A stretch of 64,000 nucleotides of DNA from Candidatus Cloacimonadota bacterium (GTDB lineage: Bacteria > Cloacimonadota > Cloacimonadia > G963667145): positions 96,001-160,000 of the forward strand of contig OY781092.1 in assembly GCA_963676615.1 (NCBI GenBank), in the 5' to 3' direction. Shown piece after piece: positions 19,536 through 29,530 of this stretch (its first letter is position 1; every line of letters starts with the position of its first letter). A program made the translations under genes and the position numbers. Below the pieces are notes generated by a model, which was given only the letters and a program-made list of their open reading frames with translations, was not told the origin of the DNA and searched no databases.

Positions 19536-20624
19536 TCATTTCCCATTCAATCCTCGCTTGATAAACCAGTAGTAGTTGCGGGTTTTGATGCCGTAATAGC
19601 TAAAAAACGCGATGCCACCAAAATTTTTGTCCAGAGCAAGACGAATTTTCGCCAAAATCTCTCCGCCTGTGTAGCTGTTTTTTTCGTCCCAAGTTCTGAG
19701 TCCGACTACAATTTTTTCGTTTTGCCCGAGCGATGCGGCGAAATCCAGCTGCTTTTCGATAATTTCGTGCTCTTTGGCGTAAGCCATCAAATAAACTTTG
19801 TCCACGATTCCCTCGTCTAGCCACGCCTTCCAGTCTTGGCTGCGGGTGTAATATGCGTCGTCATAGTTTGCAAAAACGGCGGTCGAGACCTCGATTTGCG
19901 GGTTGATGTTTTTTGCGCCGTGGTAAATCTTTTCCACAAAATTGGTGATGTTGTCCCGTTTGAACTCCTGAAAATCGGTGTAGTCGCTCTGTTCAAAAAT
20001 CGCTTTCGCCTGCGGATTGTAGCCGTATTCTTTGCTCGGATAGCGGATATAGTCCATCTGAATGCCGTCGATTTTGTAGTTGCTGACAACATCCATATAG
20101 ATGTTGTAAAGATACTCCTGCACCTCGGGAATTGCGGGGTCAAAAAAAGCGCCCTCTTGGCTCGTGTGTGGCATTCGCTTGCCGTATTTGTCGTATGTAA
20201 TCCAATAGTTGTGCCGCAGATACGGATGCTCAAGCCCGATATTTTCGACATTGCTGCTGGTGATAACGAAAGTCGTTAGCCAAGCAATCAGCTTCAGATT
20301 TTTCTCTTTGCAAGCAATCGACAAATATTCCAGCGGGTCGAAATCGTCGTCCGCAAGGTTGTAATGACGCGGCTCGTCGTTGGCATAGGCGCTGCTGTAT
20401 TTGTTGGGAAAATAAAGAGCGTCTCCACGATAGCGAGCCTCGGCGATAATCGTGTTGATCCCGCAATCTGCCGCTTTTTGCAGCATCTGGTCGATGCTTT
20501 GCTTGTCCTGAATATCCCACGGCGTAGCCCAAACAGCCTTTTCTGTGCCGCACAAACAGGAGAAAGCAAACAGAAAAAAAAGGAGAAAAAATTCTCCTTT
20601 CTTCAAAAAAAACTTTGAAACCAT
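19536..20624 (-). CDS. Secreted glycoside hydrolase, GHL10/DUF187 (YddW-like)
   Basis: Signal peptide; RYRGDALY, FDPLEYL, FDPAIPEVQEY, YKIDGIQMDYIRYP, QDWKAW. Confidence 0.85.
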   Translation of the reverse strand: MVSKFFLKKGEFFLLFFLFAFSCLCGTEKAVWATPWDIQDKQSIDQMLQKAADCGINTIIAEARYRGDALYFPNKYSSAYANDEPRHYNLADDDFDPLEYLSIACKEKNLKLIAWLTTFVITSSNVENIGLEHPYLRHNYWITYDKYGKRMPHTSQEGAFFDPAIPEVQEYLYNIYMDVVSNYKIDGIQMDYIRYPSKEYGYNPQAKAIFEQSDYTDFQEFKRDNITNFVEKIYHGAKNINPQIEVSTAVFANYDDAYYTRSQDWKAWLDEGIVDKVYLMAYAKEHEIIEKQLDFAASLGQNEKIVVGLRTWDEKNSYTGGEILAKIRLALDKNFGGIAFFSYYGIKTRNYYWFIKRGLNGK

Positions 20625-20635
20625 CAAAAACGGTT

Positions 20636-21763
20636 TTAGCCTCTAACTCGCAGCGGCATCAAAAGAAAACGAGAGCTGAAATTCGCGTCAACCTCTTCTT
20701 GATTGTAAATCAGAATCGCCTCGGTCGAACTCTTCAGACAAATCTTCACATTTTCGCTGGTGATAACATTGAGAATCGAGAGCAAAAACTTGTAGTTGAG
20801 TGTAACTTCCATCGGCTCAGAATTGACCTCCACGGCTTGCAAATCCTCGCTACCAAAACCTTTTTCGTCGTTGGACGAACTGAGCGTGATTCCATCGTCT
20901 TTAATCGAAAGCAGCACCCGGAAATCGATATCAGACGACGCCAAAGACACGCGCTTGATAGCGTCGCTAATTTCGCCGCGGTTCAGCACCAAAATATTGT
21001 TGTTCTCGACCTTGAAAGCCCTTTTGTAATCGGGAAATTCGCCCTCGATAACATGAGAGAAAATCGTAAAATTCTCGTAGTTAAAAACGATTCTGTTCTC
21101 CTCAAAAAGCACGCGAATGTTGTTGCTTTGCTCATCCAAAATTTTGCTGATAAACAAAGTCGTTTTGACCGGCATAATCTTGCTCAGCTCCTGGCTAACA
21201 TTCAAATTTTCCTTAATCGTCACCTCGGCAATTTTGCTGGCGTCCGTGGCAACCATCACTTGCCCTTGCGGACTCAGCTGCCAAAAAATCCCGTTGAGCA
21301 CCGGCGAATTGATCCTGTTGGAAACAGCGAAAGAGGTATTGGAAATCATCCTCGTGAACATATCCATCTCAAACTCGATAGCTTTGTCGAAGTCGATTTT
21401 GGGAATAATCGGAAAAACCGAAAAATCTTCGATAATCGGCGTAGAAAATTTGGAGTTCCCGCAATTGATCTTCAGCTTGCTCTCGTTCTGCTGAATGTAG
21501 ATGGTGTTGTTGGGTAGAGCGGCGATAATATCGCTAAAATATTTGGCAGGAATTGCCGTTTTGCCAGACTCCAGCACATTCGCCTTGATTTTCGCCGTAA
21601 CCGTAATCTCCATATCAGAAGCGCTTATCGTCACCGTCTCGGAATCTTGATCGGCTTCCAAAAGAAAAGTTGTTAAAATAGCCATCGCGTTTTTGCTCGG
21701 CACAACGGTCACCAAATGGGCGATTTTGCTGGCAATATCTTTTTTTTCAATCGAGAATTTCAT
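20636..21763 (-). CDS. dnaN: DNA polymerase III beta sliding clamp
   Basis: ASDME, VATDASK, IEGEFPDY, C-terminal FLLMPLRV; 375 aa. Confidence 0.96.
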   Translation of the reverse strand: MKFSIEKKDIASKIAHLVTVVPSKNAMAILTTFLLEADQDSETVTISASDMEITVTAKIKANVLESGKTAIPAKYFSDIIAALPNNTIYIQQNESKLKINCGNSKFSTPIIEDFSVFPIIPKIDFDKAIEFEMDMFTRMISNTSFAVSNRINSPVLNGIFWQLSPQGQVMVATDASKIAEVTIKENLNVSQELSKIMPVKTTLFISKILDEQSNNIRVLFEENRIVFNYENFTIFSHVIEGEFPDYKRAFKVENNNILVLNRGEISDAIKRVSLASSDIDFRVLLSIKDDGITLSSSNDEKGFGSEDLQAVEVNSEPMEVTLNYKFLLSILNVITSENVKICLKSSTEAILIYNQEEVDANFSSRFLLMPLRVRG

Positions 21764-21889
21764 TGTCGTCTCCTTAAAAAGCGGTAAACTTTTTTTAAAA
21801 AAAGCGTTCCTAAAATAAAAACCTTAATGGTTTCTTTATGCAAAATATTTGCCAAAAACGATTAAGGCTCTCAAAAATAAAGCGGGATT

Positions 21890-21936
21890 AAAATAATAGG
21901 CAAGGATTTAAGAACTAAGTTCAAAGCCCTTGCCTA
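21890..21936 (-). terminator. Rho-independent terminator of hup
   Basis: TAGGCAAGG...CCTTGCCTA inverted repeat (21897-21936) followed on the minus strand by TTATTTT. Confidence 0.7.
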
Positions 21937-21960
21937 AATATTTTTGAATTTTGCAGTAAA

Positions 21961-22233
21961 CTATTTTACAGCGTCTTTCAAGCTTTTGCCAGCTTTGAAA
22001 GATGGAACATCCCTTGCTGGAATAGTGATGCTAGCTCCAGATTGTGGGTTTCTTCCTGCTCTCTCAGCTCTGTGTTTTACAGAAAAAGTCCCGAAACCAA
22101 CCAAAGCAACCTTATCTTTTTTAGCCAAAGCGTTAGTTACGCTCTCTAAAAAAGAAGAAAGGGCGCTAGCGGCTTGCTTTTTGTTGATGTCAGCGTCTTT
22201 TGCTATTTTGCTTACAATTTCTTCTCTTGTCAT
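21961..22233 (-). CDS. hup: HU DNA-binding protein
   Basis: VGFGTFSV...RAERAGRNPQSG...PSFKAGKSLKDAV. Confidence 0.97.
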   Translation of the reverse strand: MTREEIVSKIAKDADINKKQAASALSSFLESVTNALAKKDKVALVGFGTFSVKHRAERAGRNPQSGASITIPARDVPSFKAGKSLKDAVK

Positions 22234-22340
22234 AATTTCTCCTTATTTGTACCTTAAGTATTTTTCACCCACTACCGTGGCTCTTTATTCTGTCAATAAA
22301 AAAAAATAATAAAAATGTTGAATCTACGGTGTTTCCCTTT

Positions 22341-24986
22341 TTATGCTTCTTCTCTATAAGGCTTTATCTTGCAGTTTTTCAACGAGTTAGATATAGGTAA
22401 CTGGATTTTTGCTTTCAGCCCTTTTTCCTTACAAGTTGCCAAAACTTTTTGCAGCTCTTTGCTTTCCAAAGCCGCTGGATTTACCACAACAACGCCGTTT
22501 TGAGCCTCCGCTTTTTGCAAAATTTCGTCGATATTCTCAAAGCAAGCGATTGCGTTTTTCTCCAAGAAAGTCGGCTGGTTGTGATACAAAAAGTAGCTTC
22601 CTTGATACAGAACCCGTTGGCTGACGGAGTTGTAGTCTTCGACCGTTGAGCCAAGGTAAAAAACGGTCTGGCTTTTTAGCTCGTCGCTTTTTACGACATC
22701 CAAATCTTTGCAAAGCTCAATTTTTTCTTGTAATCCTGCTTCAACGCTTGTCTGGTCGGCGTCTTCGGTGAAAGCAAATTTGCCTTTTTTACAGATTAAA
22801 CCAAGCCCTTTGTCTTTGTCGGCAGTCACCTTGATGATGGTGTCGTCGATTTTTTCGAGGTTGATTGCGCACTCGTCGCCGCAAGCAAGGCAGGTTGCGC
22901 TCACGATTTTGCCTTTGAGCGGTCCTTGGTGTCCGCTGGTCACCTTTTCGGTTAGCGCGCCCACTGGGCAAGATTCGATACAAGCCCCGCAGCTGATGCA
23001 TCTGGAGAGTTTGAAGCCGTCGTTGAAGTCGGTTTGCACGATTGAGGCAAAACCACGATTTGTGTAGCCAAGAGCGCTCACGCCTTCCAAATCTTGACAA
23101 ATTCTCACGCAGCTTCCGCACAAAATACATTTCGCTGGGTCGTGCGCAAGATATGGATGCGATTGGTCGGTCGGGCTGATTTCCACTTCGCCTTTGAACT
23201 TCGTGCATTCGGCAGAATACATCTCGGCATATTTTTTGAGTTTGCACTCGCTAACATCTTGACATCCGCATTCTAAGCACCGTTCAGCCTCTTTTAGGGC
23301 GGTCTCCAAATCCAAGCCTTTTTCCACTTCGTCCCAAGATTTTACTCGTTCTTTGGGGTCGATCATCGGCATATCGCATTTCGGCAAAGACTCTCTGTCG
23401 GACAGGTAATTTTTCAGCTCTTTTTTGGAAAGGAGGTCGGTTCTTTTGATGTAGAAGCCGAAATCGTCGTAAGCGTCTTTGTCGGTAACCTCTTCGCCTT
23501 TGAGATATTGGTCGATCGAGCCAGCTGCCAATTTTCCGTCGGCAATCGCTTGGATGGCTATGCCAGGACCTCTGGCGGCGTCTCCACCAGTGAAGATTCC
23601 CTCGATATTCGTCGCGAAACTTTTTTCGTATTTAATCGTTCCCCAGCTCTCAAGGTCAACGCCCTCCAAACCGACTGGATCAACTTTTTGACCGATAGCG
23701 GCGATGGCAATATCGCAAACCAAATCTTCTTGTTCGCCAGTTTTTACAGGTCTTCTTCTGCCAGAATCGTCAGGCTCGCCGAGTTTCATCAAATCCAAAG
23801 TAATCGACTGCAAATCGCCAGAACCGTTGAACTTTTGCGGCGCGCAAAGCTCTTTGATTTCGATGCCTTCTTCTTTTGCGTCAACAATTTCGTTGTCGGC
23901 AGCGGGCATCTCCTTTTCTGTGCGTCGATAGGCGATGATCACTTTTTCTGCGCCCAAACGGACAGATGAGCGCGCGCAGTCGATAGCGGTGTTTCCGCCG
24001 CCAAGCACAACCACCGTTTTTCCGCTGAAATCGTATTTTTCGCCGAGGTTGAGTTTACGCAAAAAATCGACACCTTGCAAAGCCAGCTCTTCGTTTTCTG
24101 CTCTTGCAGACGAGCCGTTTTGCGCACCAGTGCCCAAGAAAATTGCGTCGTAATCTTTTTGCAGTTCTGCGATGGTGAAATCTTTGCCTAGCGCTTGATT
24201 GCAACGAAGTTCCGAGCCGTAGCTCAGCAAATAGTCGATCTCTTGGCGCAGAAGGTCGCGAGGCATCCGATAAGCTGGGATTCCGTAGCGAAGCATTCCG
24301 CCTGGCTCAGGCAATTTTTCGAAAATCACAGGAGAGTGACCTTGCAGCGAGAGGTAGTAGGCGCAAGAAAGTCCGCCAGGTCCAGAGCCGATCACGGCAA
24401 CTTTTTTGCCCGTAGATTTTGCTTTGTTTACTCGCAAAGCGCCGCCGTTTTTGCGTTCGTAGTCTGTGGCAAATCTTTTTAGCCAGTCGATAGCTACCTC
24501 AGAGTCGATATTGTGCCTGCGACAAACATCCTCGCACGGCCTTGCGCAAACTCGTCCGCACACCAGCGGCAATGGATTTTGCTCTCGTATCAGGCGAACT
24601 GCTTCTTTATACATCCCGCGTGAAATCATCGAGATGTAGCCGGGAATATCTACTGTGCTGGGACATTCCATCGTGCATGGGGCGTAGCAATCGCCAAGGT
24701 GGTTGGACAAAAGAAGCTCCAAGTTCATTTTGCGAGTGGCGCGAATGTCGTCCGAATCGGTGACAACTTCCATTCCTTCTTGAATTTCCGTTGAGCAAGA
24801 CGGCGAAAATTTTCCGCGTCCGCCTTTGACCTCCACAATGCAGATGAAGCACGAGGTGTATGGCTTCAGCCTTTGGTCGTGGCAAAAAGTCGGCACGAAA
24901 ATATTGTTCTGCTTGCAAACTTCCAAAACCGTTTGCCCCTGCTGCCCGACATAGCTTTTCCCGTCGATAGTCAAATTGATTTTCAT
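22341..24986 (-). CDS. Multi Fe-S / FAD oxidoreductase (2Fe-2S + GltD-like + NuoG-like ferredoxin, truncated molybdopterin domain)
   Basis: CH...CFIC...SC; CGRVCARPCEDVC; GSGPGG; GGMLRYGIP; GGGNTAID; CILCGSCVRIC; CISCGACIESCPVGAL; CLACGDEC...ICKKG. Confidence 0.88.
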   Translation of the reverse strand: MKINLTIDGKSYVGQQGQTVLEVCKQNNIFVPTFCHDQRLKPYTSCFICIVEVKGGRGKFSPSCSTEIQEGMEVVTDSDDIRATRKMNLELLLSNHLGDCYAPCTMECPSTVDIPGYISMISRGMYKEAVRLIREQNPLPLVCGRVCARPCEDVCRRHNIDSEVAIDWLKRFATDYERKNGGALRVNKAKSTGKKVAVIGSGPGGLSCAYYLSLQGHSPVIFEKLPEPGGMLRYGIPAYRMPRDLLRQEIDYLLSYGSELRCNQALGKDFTIAELQKDYDAIFLGTGAQNGSSARAENEELALQGVDFLRKLNLGEKYDFSGKTVVVLGGGNTAIDCARSSVRLGAEKVIIAYRRTEKEMPAADNEIVDAKEEGIEIKELCAPQKFNGSGDLQSITLDLMKLGEPDDSGRRRPVKTGEQEDLVCDIAIAAIGQKVDPVGLEGVDLESWGTIKYEKSFATNIEGIFTGGDAARGPGIAIQAIADGKLAAGSIDQYLKGEEVTDKDAYDDFGFYIKRTDLLSKKELKNYLSDRESLPKCDMPMIDPKERVKSWDEVEKGLDLETALKEAERCLECGCQDVSECKLKKYAEMYSAECTKFKGEVEISPTDQSHPYLAHDPAKCILCGSCVRICQDLEGVSALGYTNRGFASIVQTDFNDGFKLSRCISCGACIESCPVGALTEKVTSGHQGPLKGKIVSATCLACGDECAINLEKIDDTIIKVTADKDKGLGLICKKGKFAFTEDADQTSVEAGLQEKIELCKDLDVVKSDELKSQTVFYLGSTVEDYNSVSQRVLYQGSYFLYHNQPTFLEKNAIACFENIDEILQKAEAQNGVVVVNPAALESKELQKVLATCKEKGLKAKIQLPISNSLKNCKIKPYREEA

Positions 24987-25016
24987 AATAGATATTCTCC
25001 CTAAAAATTATTAAAA

Positions 25017-25384
25017 TGGTGGAGGTGGCGAGAGTCGAACTCGCGTCCAAAAGTCAACCGCTGCCGGCTCTACATACTTAGTTGTTTTCGTTTAACCAAA
25101 AGCAAGGAAACAATCAACCTAAACTTTCGGCGAGTTTTCTAAAAAATTTCGCAAAAAGAGCAAAAACAGACCCTTTATTGCTATTTGACCAAAAATGATG
25201 CCTCGTTTTCAGGAAGAGATCAAAGCCTTCGCTGAAGAGACAGGCGCCTTAATTAGGCAGCCATTGCGTAGTTATCGTTTCCGTCTACTTAATTTTGTCT
25301 GGAACAGTTTTGCGGGATGACCAAACATCGCCCGATATGCACCGATAGTCGATTAAAACCTCTGTCTAAACCAGTTTCACCCCC
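25017..25384 (-). ncRNA. ssrA: tmRNA (tag peptide approx. GNDNYAMAA*)
   Basis: 5' GGGGGTG pairs with 3' CACCTCC-ACCA (G3:U70), T-arm GCGAGTTCGACTCTCGC, internal ORF GGA AAC GAT AAC TAC GCA ATG GCT GCC TAA at 25282-25253. Confidence 0.95.
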
Positions 25385-25681
25385 GTGGTTTAATATAAGT
25401 TCATTTTCGACAAGTAAAAAAGGTTTTCTTGCGCGGTAGCTTGTCAATATATTTTTCCGAATTTAGCAATTTGCGGGGGCTGCTCTTTTTTTTGCTGCTT
25501 TTCTCTTCAGCACTTTTTTCGCTTTTTCGCCAGTAGAAAGCGAACTAGGAATGGGGCGGCATCCCGCTTTATCGGGTCAGACAGCGAGAAAAACTCCTAA
25601 AATTCCCGCAAAGAGCTTGACAGAAAAAGTGAGAATTGGCGCTAATTTTGACCTTGAGAAGATTTTGATTAGGGAGAGATT

Positions 25682-26317
25682 ATGTTGAAGATAGAAAGGT
25701 TTGTGCTGCTGCCGGGATACGAGACCAACACTTACTTGATTTTTGATGAAGGCTCTGGCAAAGCGGCGCTTATCGATCCAGCGGCAACGGGGCAGCAGGT
25801 GAGCGATTTTATCGCCCAAAACGAGCTGGATTTGGCTTACATTCTGAACACGCACGGGCATTCCGACCATATCGGCGGCAACCGTTTTTTCAAAAAACTT
25901 TATCCGACGGCGAAGCTGCTTATTCACGAGAATGATCGGCAGATGCTCACCGACGCTAAAGCCAATTTTAGTGCGTTTTTTATTCAGGAGATTACCTCGC
26001 CAGAAGCGGACGGATTTTTGCAAGATGGGCAGAAAATTGCGCTGGGCGACGAAGTTTTAACGGTGCTGCACACGCCGGGACACACGCAAGGCGGTGTTTG
26101 TTTTTTGGCAAAAGATGCCCTTTTTGCTGGCGACACGCTTTTTGATATGAGCGTCGGCAGAACAGATTTGCCGGGCGGAAATTCCGAGCAGTTGCTTGCC
26201 TCGATTAAGGCGAAGATTATGGGACTGCCCGACGATTTGCGGGTCTATTCTGGTCACGGACGCGACTCAGTTTTGGGTCAGCAAAAAAAGAGCAATCCGT
26301 ATTTAAAGGAGCTGTGA
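25682..26317 (+). CDS. MBL-fold metallo-hydrolase (glyoxalase II-like, YcbL/GloC type)
   Basis: THGHSDH, HTPGHT, GDTLF..SVGRTDLPGG, SGHG. Confidence 0.92.
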   Translation: MLKIERFVLLPGYETNTYLIFDEGSGKAALIDPAATGQQVSDFIAQNELDLAYILNTHGHSDHIGGNRFFKKLYPTAKLLIHENDRQMLTDAKANFSAFFIQEITSPEADGFLQDGQKIALGDEVLTVLHTPGHTQGGVCFLAKDALFAGDTLFDMSVGRTDLPGGNSEQLLASIKAKIMGLPDDLRVYSGHGRDSVLGQQKKSNPYLKEL

Positions 26318-26321
26318 TTTT

Positions 26322-26969
26322 ATGATAATTGCCATAGACGGACCTGCGGCTTCGGGCAAAAGCACGACAGCCAAGCGGGTGGCGAAGATTTTGGGCGTCA
26401 ACTATATCGACACGGGCGCGATGTATCGGGCGTGCGCGCTGAAGCTAATAAAAATGGGGATTGAGCTGAAAGACTCTTTTTTGTTGCAAGAGGTGGTCGG
26501 AGCGCTGGAGATTCGGTTTGCGGACAACGGGCAAAAAGTTTTGCTGGACGGAGCGGATGTGAGCTCGGCTATTCGGGAAGATAGCGTTTCGCAAGGGGCG
26601 TCGAAGGTCGCCGCGCTGGCTTTTGTTCGCCAGAGGATGACAGATTTGCAGCGAAAAATGGGGGAGAAGGAGTCGGTGGTGATGGACGGCAGAGACATCG
26701 GCAGCTTTGTTTTTCCCGATGCGGATTTCAAATTTTATCTGGTGGCATCGGTGCAGACCAGAGCCGAAAGGAGATTTTTGGAAGCGCAAGAAAAGGGCGA
26801 GAATTTGACGCTGCAGGAGATAGAGACGAGCATCGCCGCAAGAGACAAAGCCGATATGCAACGGGAAATTTCGCCACTTGTGAAAGCGGCGGACGCCATC
26901 GAAATCGATACATCGGGACTGACGATTGAACAGCAGGTGGAAAAGGTTTTGCAGGTCATAAAATCGTGA
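26322..26969 (+). CDS. cmk: Cytidylate kinase
   Basis: IDGPAASGKST, DTGAMYR, MDGRDIG. Confidence 0.97.
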   Translation: MIIAIDGPAASGKSTTAKRVAKILGVNYIDTGAMYRACALKLIKMGIELKDSFLLQEVVGALEIRFADNGQKVLLDGADVSSAIREDSVSQGASKVAALAFVRQRMTDLQRKMGEKESVVMDGRDIGSFVFPDADFKFYLVASVQTRAERRFLEAQEKGENLTLQEIETSIAARDKADMQREISPLVKAADAIEIDTSGLTIEQQVEKVLQVIKS

Positions 26970-27826
26970 GTTGTCAGATAAAAATCGCCGAGCATTCCGG
27001 ATTCTGCTATGGCGTCAAACGAGCTATCGATATGGCACTGGAAACCGCAGCCAGCAAGAATCGAAGAGTGGTGACGGTCGGCCCGATAATCCACAATCCG
27101 CAGATGGTGCAAAAGCTCAAAGAGTCGGGAGTCGGTTGCCTGCAGTCGCTGCAAGAGGTGCAAGCTGGCGATTGTGTGGTGGTGCGCTCGCACGGGATGA
27201 AAAAGCAGGATTTGGAGTTTTTGCAGACAAAAAATGTGGAAATCGTGGATGCGACTTGCCCGAATGTTGCCAAAATTCACCAGCTGGTGCAAAAGGGAAT
27301 TTCGCAGGGTCAAGCGGTGGTGATTTTTGGAGACAGGCAGCATCCAGAGGTTGTTGCCATCAAATCTTACGCCGTCGGAAACTCCGCAGTAGCAAAAGAT
27401 ATTGGCGAAGTTCCGCAAAAAGTTTTGCAGGCGCAGAGCGTGCTTTTGGTTTCGCAAACCACGCAAAATGAGAAAAAGTTCGCCGAGTTCCAAAACGAGC
27501 TCGAAAAAAAATGCAAAAATTTGCAGATGGTTTACACGATTTGCAACGCGACGCAAGTGCGGCAAAAAGCGACCAAAGAGCTGTCGCAAGAGGTGGATGT
27601 GATGATTGTGGTTGGTGGCAGAAACTCTGCCAACACGCGGACTCTGGCTAAAATCGCCTCCGCTCATAGCAAAACGCACCATCTGGAGACGCCAAAAGAG
27701 CTGCAACCTGCGATGGTTTGTGGTTTTAGAAAAATCGGCTTGACAGCGGGAGCTTCGACACCAGATTGGATTATAAAAAGTACATTTGCTAAAATTCAAA
27801 GTTTGTGCAATCAAACAAATAATTAA
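26966..27826 (+). CDS. ispH: 4-hydroxy-3-methylbut-2-enyl diphosphate reductase
   Basis: GFCYGVKRA, DATCP, TICNAT, SANT, TAGASTPDW. Confidence 0.97.
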   Translation: MSCQIKIAEHSGFCYGVKRAIDMALETAASKNRRVVTVGPIIHNPQMVQKLKESGVGCLQSLQEVQAGDCVVVRSHGMKKQDLEFLQTKNVEIVDATCPNVAKIHQLVQKGISQGQAVVIFGDRQHPEVVAIKSYAVGNSAVAKDIGEVPQKVLQAQSVLLVSQTTQNEKKFAEFQNELEKKCKNLQMVYTICNATQVRQKATKELSQEVDVMIVVGGRNSANTRTLAKIASAHSKTHHLETPKELQPAMVCGFRKIGLTAGASTPDWIIKSTFAKIQSLCNQTNN

Positions 27827-27854
27827 AGATTTTTAGCATAAAACAGGGGATGAA

Positions 27855-29498
27855 ATGTCAAATAAAGAAGAAATGCTAGCAATGATGGAAGAGTCGTTCG
27901 GTAAGATTAAAAAAGGAGAAATTGTTGACGGAACGGTTGTTAGCATTGACGAGAGCAATGTAGTCGTTGATATCGGATACAAGTCCGAGGGTGTGATTTC
28001 TCTGAGCGAATTTGGGGATAATGCGCCCGAGATTGGCGATCAAATCAATGTCTATATCGTCTATATGGAAGACGCTTCTGGCAGGGTCAAACTTTCCAAA
28101 AAAGTGGCAGAAAAGGAAGAGGTTTTTCAAACTTTGATACAAGCGCACGAGGACGGCAAACTGGTCGAGTTTCAGGTCAAAAAGCTGGTTAAGGGCGGTT
28201 TTTTTGTAACCATAGAGGGCTGTAACGCCTTTTTGCCGGGATCGTTGGTGGACGCAAAACCGGTAAAAAATTTCAAGCAATATTTGGATCAAACGCTGGA
28301 AGGCAAAATCATCAGCATCGATAAGGGGAAAAAGAGCATCGTCGTTTCGCGCAAAGATCATTTGATGGAGAAAATCAACAAAGAGAAAATGGAGGTTTTC
28401 GAAAATCTGGGCGAAGGCGCAGAGGTTGACGGCATCGTCAAGGGGATTACCGACTACGGCGCGTTTGTTGATATTGGCGGCTTCGACGGGCTTTTGCACA
28501 TTTCTGATATGAGCTGGTCGAACATTTCGCATCCTTCCGCACTTTTTAAAATCGGCGACAAAATCAGGGTAAAAATTCTGAAAATCGCCTCTGAAACAGG
28601 CAGAATTTCGCTGGGAGTTAAGCAACTTTTGCCGCATCCTTGGGAAAATATCGACCAAAAAATCTCGCAAGGCGATACTGTCAAAGGTGTTGTGGCAAAG
28701 CTCACCTCCTATGGTGCTTTTATCGATTTGGAGGTCGGGCTGAAAGGGTTTATTCACAAATCGGAGATGTCGTGGACTCGCTCGATTAACCATCCTGGGC
28801 AAATTTTGAGCGAGGGCGAAACGATCGAAGCTGTGGTGCTCAATATTGATAGAGAGGAGAAAAAAATCTCGTTGGGTCTGCGCCAGATGGAGGTCAATCC
28901 TTGGCTGACAATCGGGATGAAATACGAGGTCGGTCAGGTAATCAAGCGCCCGATCAAGTCGATTACCAGTTTCGGAATGTTTTTGGAGTTGGACGACGAT
29001 ATTGACGGTTTGGTGCATATCGCCGATGTGGCTTGGAGCAAAAGAATTGAAGATTTGAAAGACGAATACGAAGTGGGACAAGAGATTGAGGTGAAGATTT
29101 TGGATATCGACAGTTCTGCGTTCAAAATTTCGTTTGGCATCAAGCAGTTGGAGGAAAATCCTTGGGAGAAGGCGGATTTGCTCAAGGGCGGTGAAAAAGT
29201 TAACTGCACAATTCAAAAAGTTATTGACAACAAAGGAGTTGTAGCGAATATCGAAAGTGGAGGCTTTCAGTTCGAGGGGTTTGTGCCTTTCTCGTTTATT
29301 TCGCTCGATCACGGACAGTCGCTCGACGAAAAGTATCCAGAGGGATCAAAGCAAGAGTTCTTCATCTCGAAAGTGGACAGAAAAGGTTGTCGTGTCGTCC
29401 TAAAGCCGACAGACCAATCTTTCCGAATGCACGAGAGCGAGGACGAAATGCCAAAAGAGTCGTTTCATGATCAATTGGACAACTTAGATTTGGACTAA
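27855..29498 (+). CDS. rpsA: 30S ribosomal protein S1
   Basis: Repeated S1 domains (YGAFVDIGGFDGLLHISDMSW); cmk-ispH-rpsA synteny. Confidence 0.96.
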   Translation: MSNKEEMLAMMEESFGKIKKGEIVDGTVVSIDESNVVVDIGYKSEGVISLSEFGDNAPEIGDQINVYIVYMEDASGRVKLSKKVAEKEEVFQTLIQAHEDGKLVEFQVKKLVKGGFFVTIEGCNAFLPGSLVDAKPVKNFKQYLDQTLEGKIISIDKGKKSIVVSRKDHLMEKINKEKMEVFENLGEGAEVDGIVKGITDYGAFVDIGGFDGLLHISDMSWSNISHPSALFKIGDKIRVKILKIASETGRISLGVKQLLPHPWENIDQKISQGDTVKGVVAKLTSYGAFIDLEVGLKGFIHKSEMSWTRSINHPGQILSEGETIEAVVLNIDREEKKISLGLRQMEVNPWLTIGMKYEVGQVIKRPIKSITSFGMFLELDDDIDGLVHIADVAWSKRIEDLKDEYEVGQEIEVKILDIDSSAFKISFGIKQLEENPWEKADLLKGGEKVNCTIQKVIDNKGVVANIESGGFQFEGFVPFSFISLDHGQSLDEKYPEGSKQEFFISKVDRKGCRVVLKPTDQSFRMHESEDEMPKESFHDQLDNLDLD

Positions 29499-29530
29499 AA
29501 AATTTATTTCACGATAAAGTGAAGGGAATT

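Noticed and set aside
25017..25384. tmRNA and the tRNA cluster (50869-51130) as prophage or island integration sites
   Set aside because: No integrase and no duplicated 3' end seen; flanking genes look native.
25480..25620. GC-richer patch with short dyads between ssrA and the MBL hydrolase (possible ncRNA or REP)
   Set aside because: No recognisable RNA family motif and no second copy found.
27876..29312. 478-aa antisense ORF opposite rpsA (similar long ORFs at 17264-18247, 18400-19572, 26735-27814, 40787-41809, 55503-56771)
   Set aside because: Shadow ORFs on the opposite strand of confidently identified genes, with no recognisable motifs.
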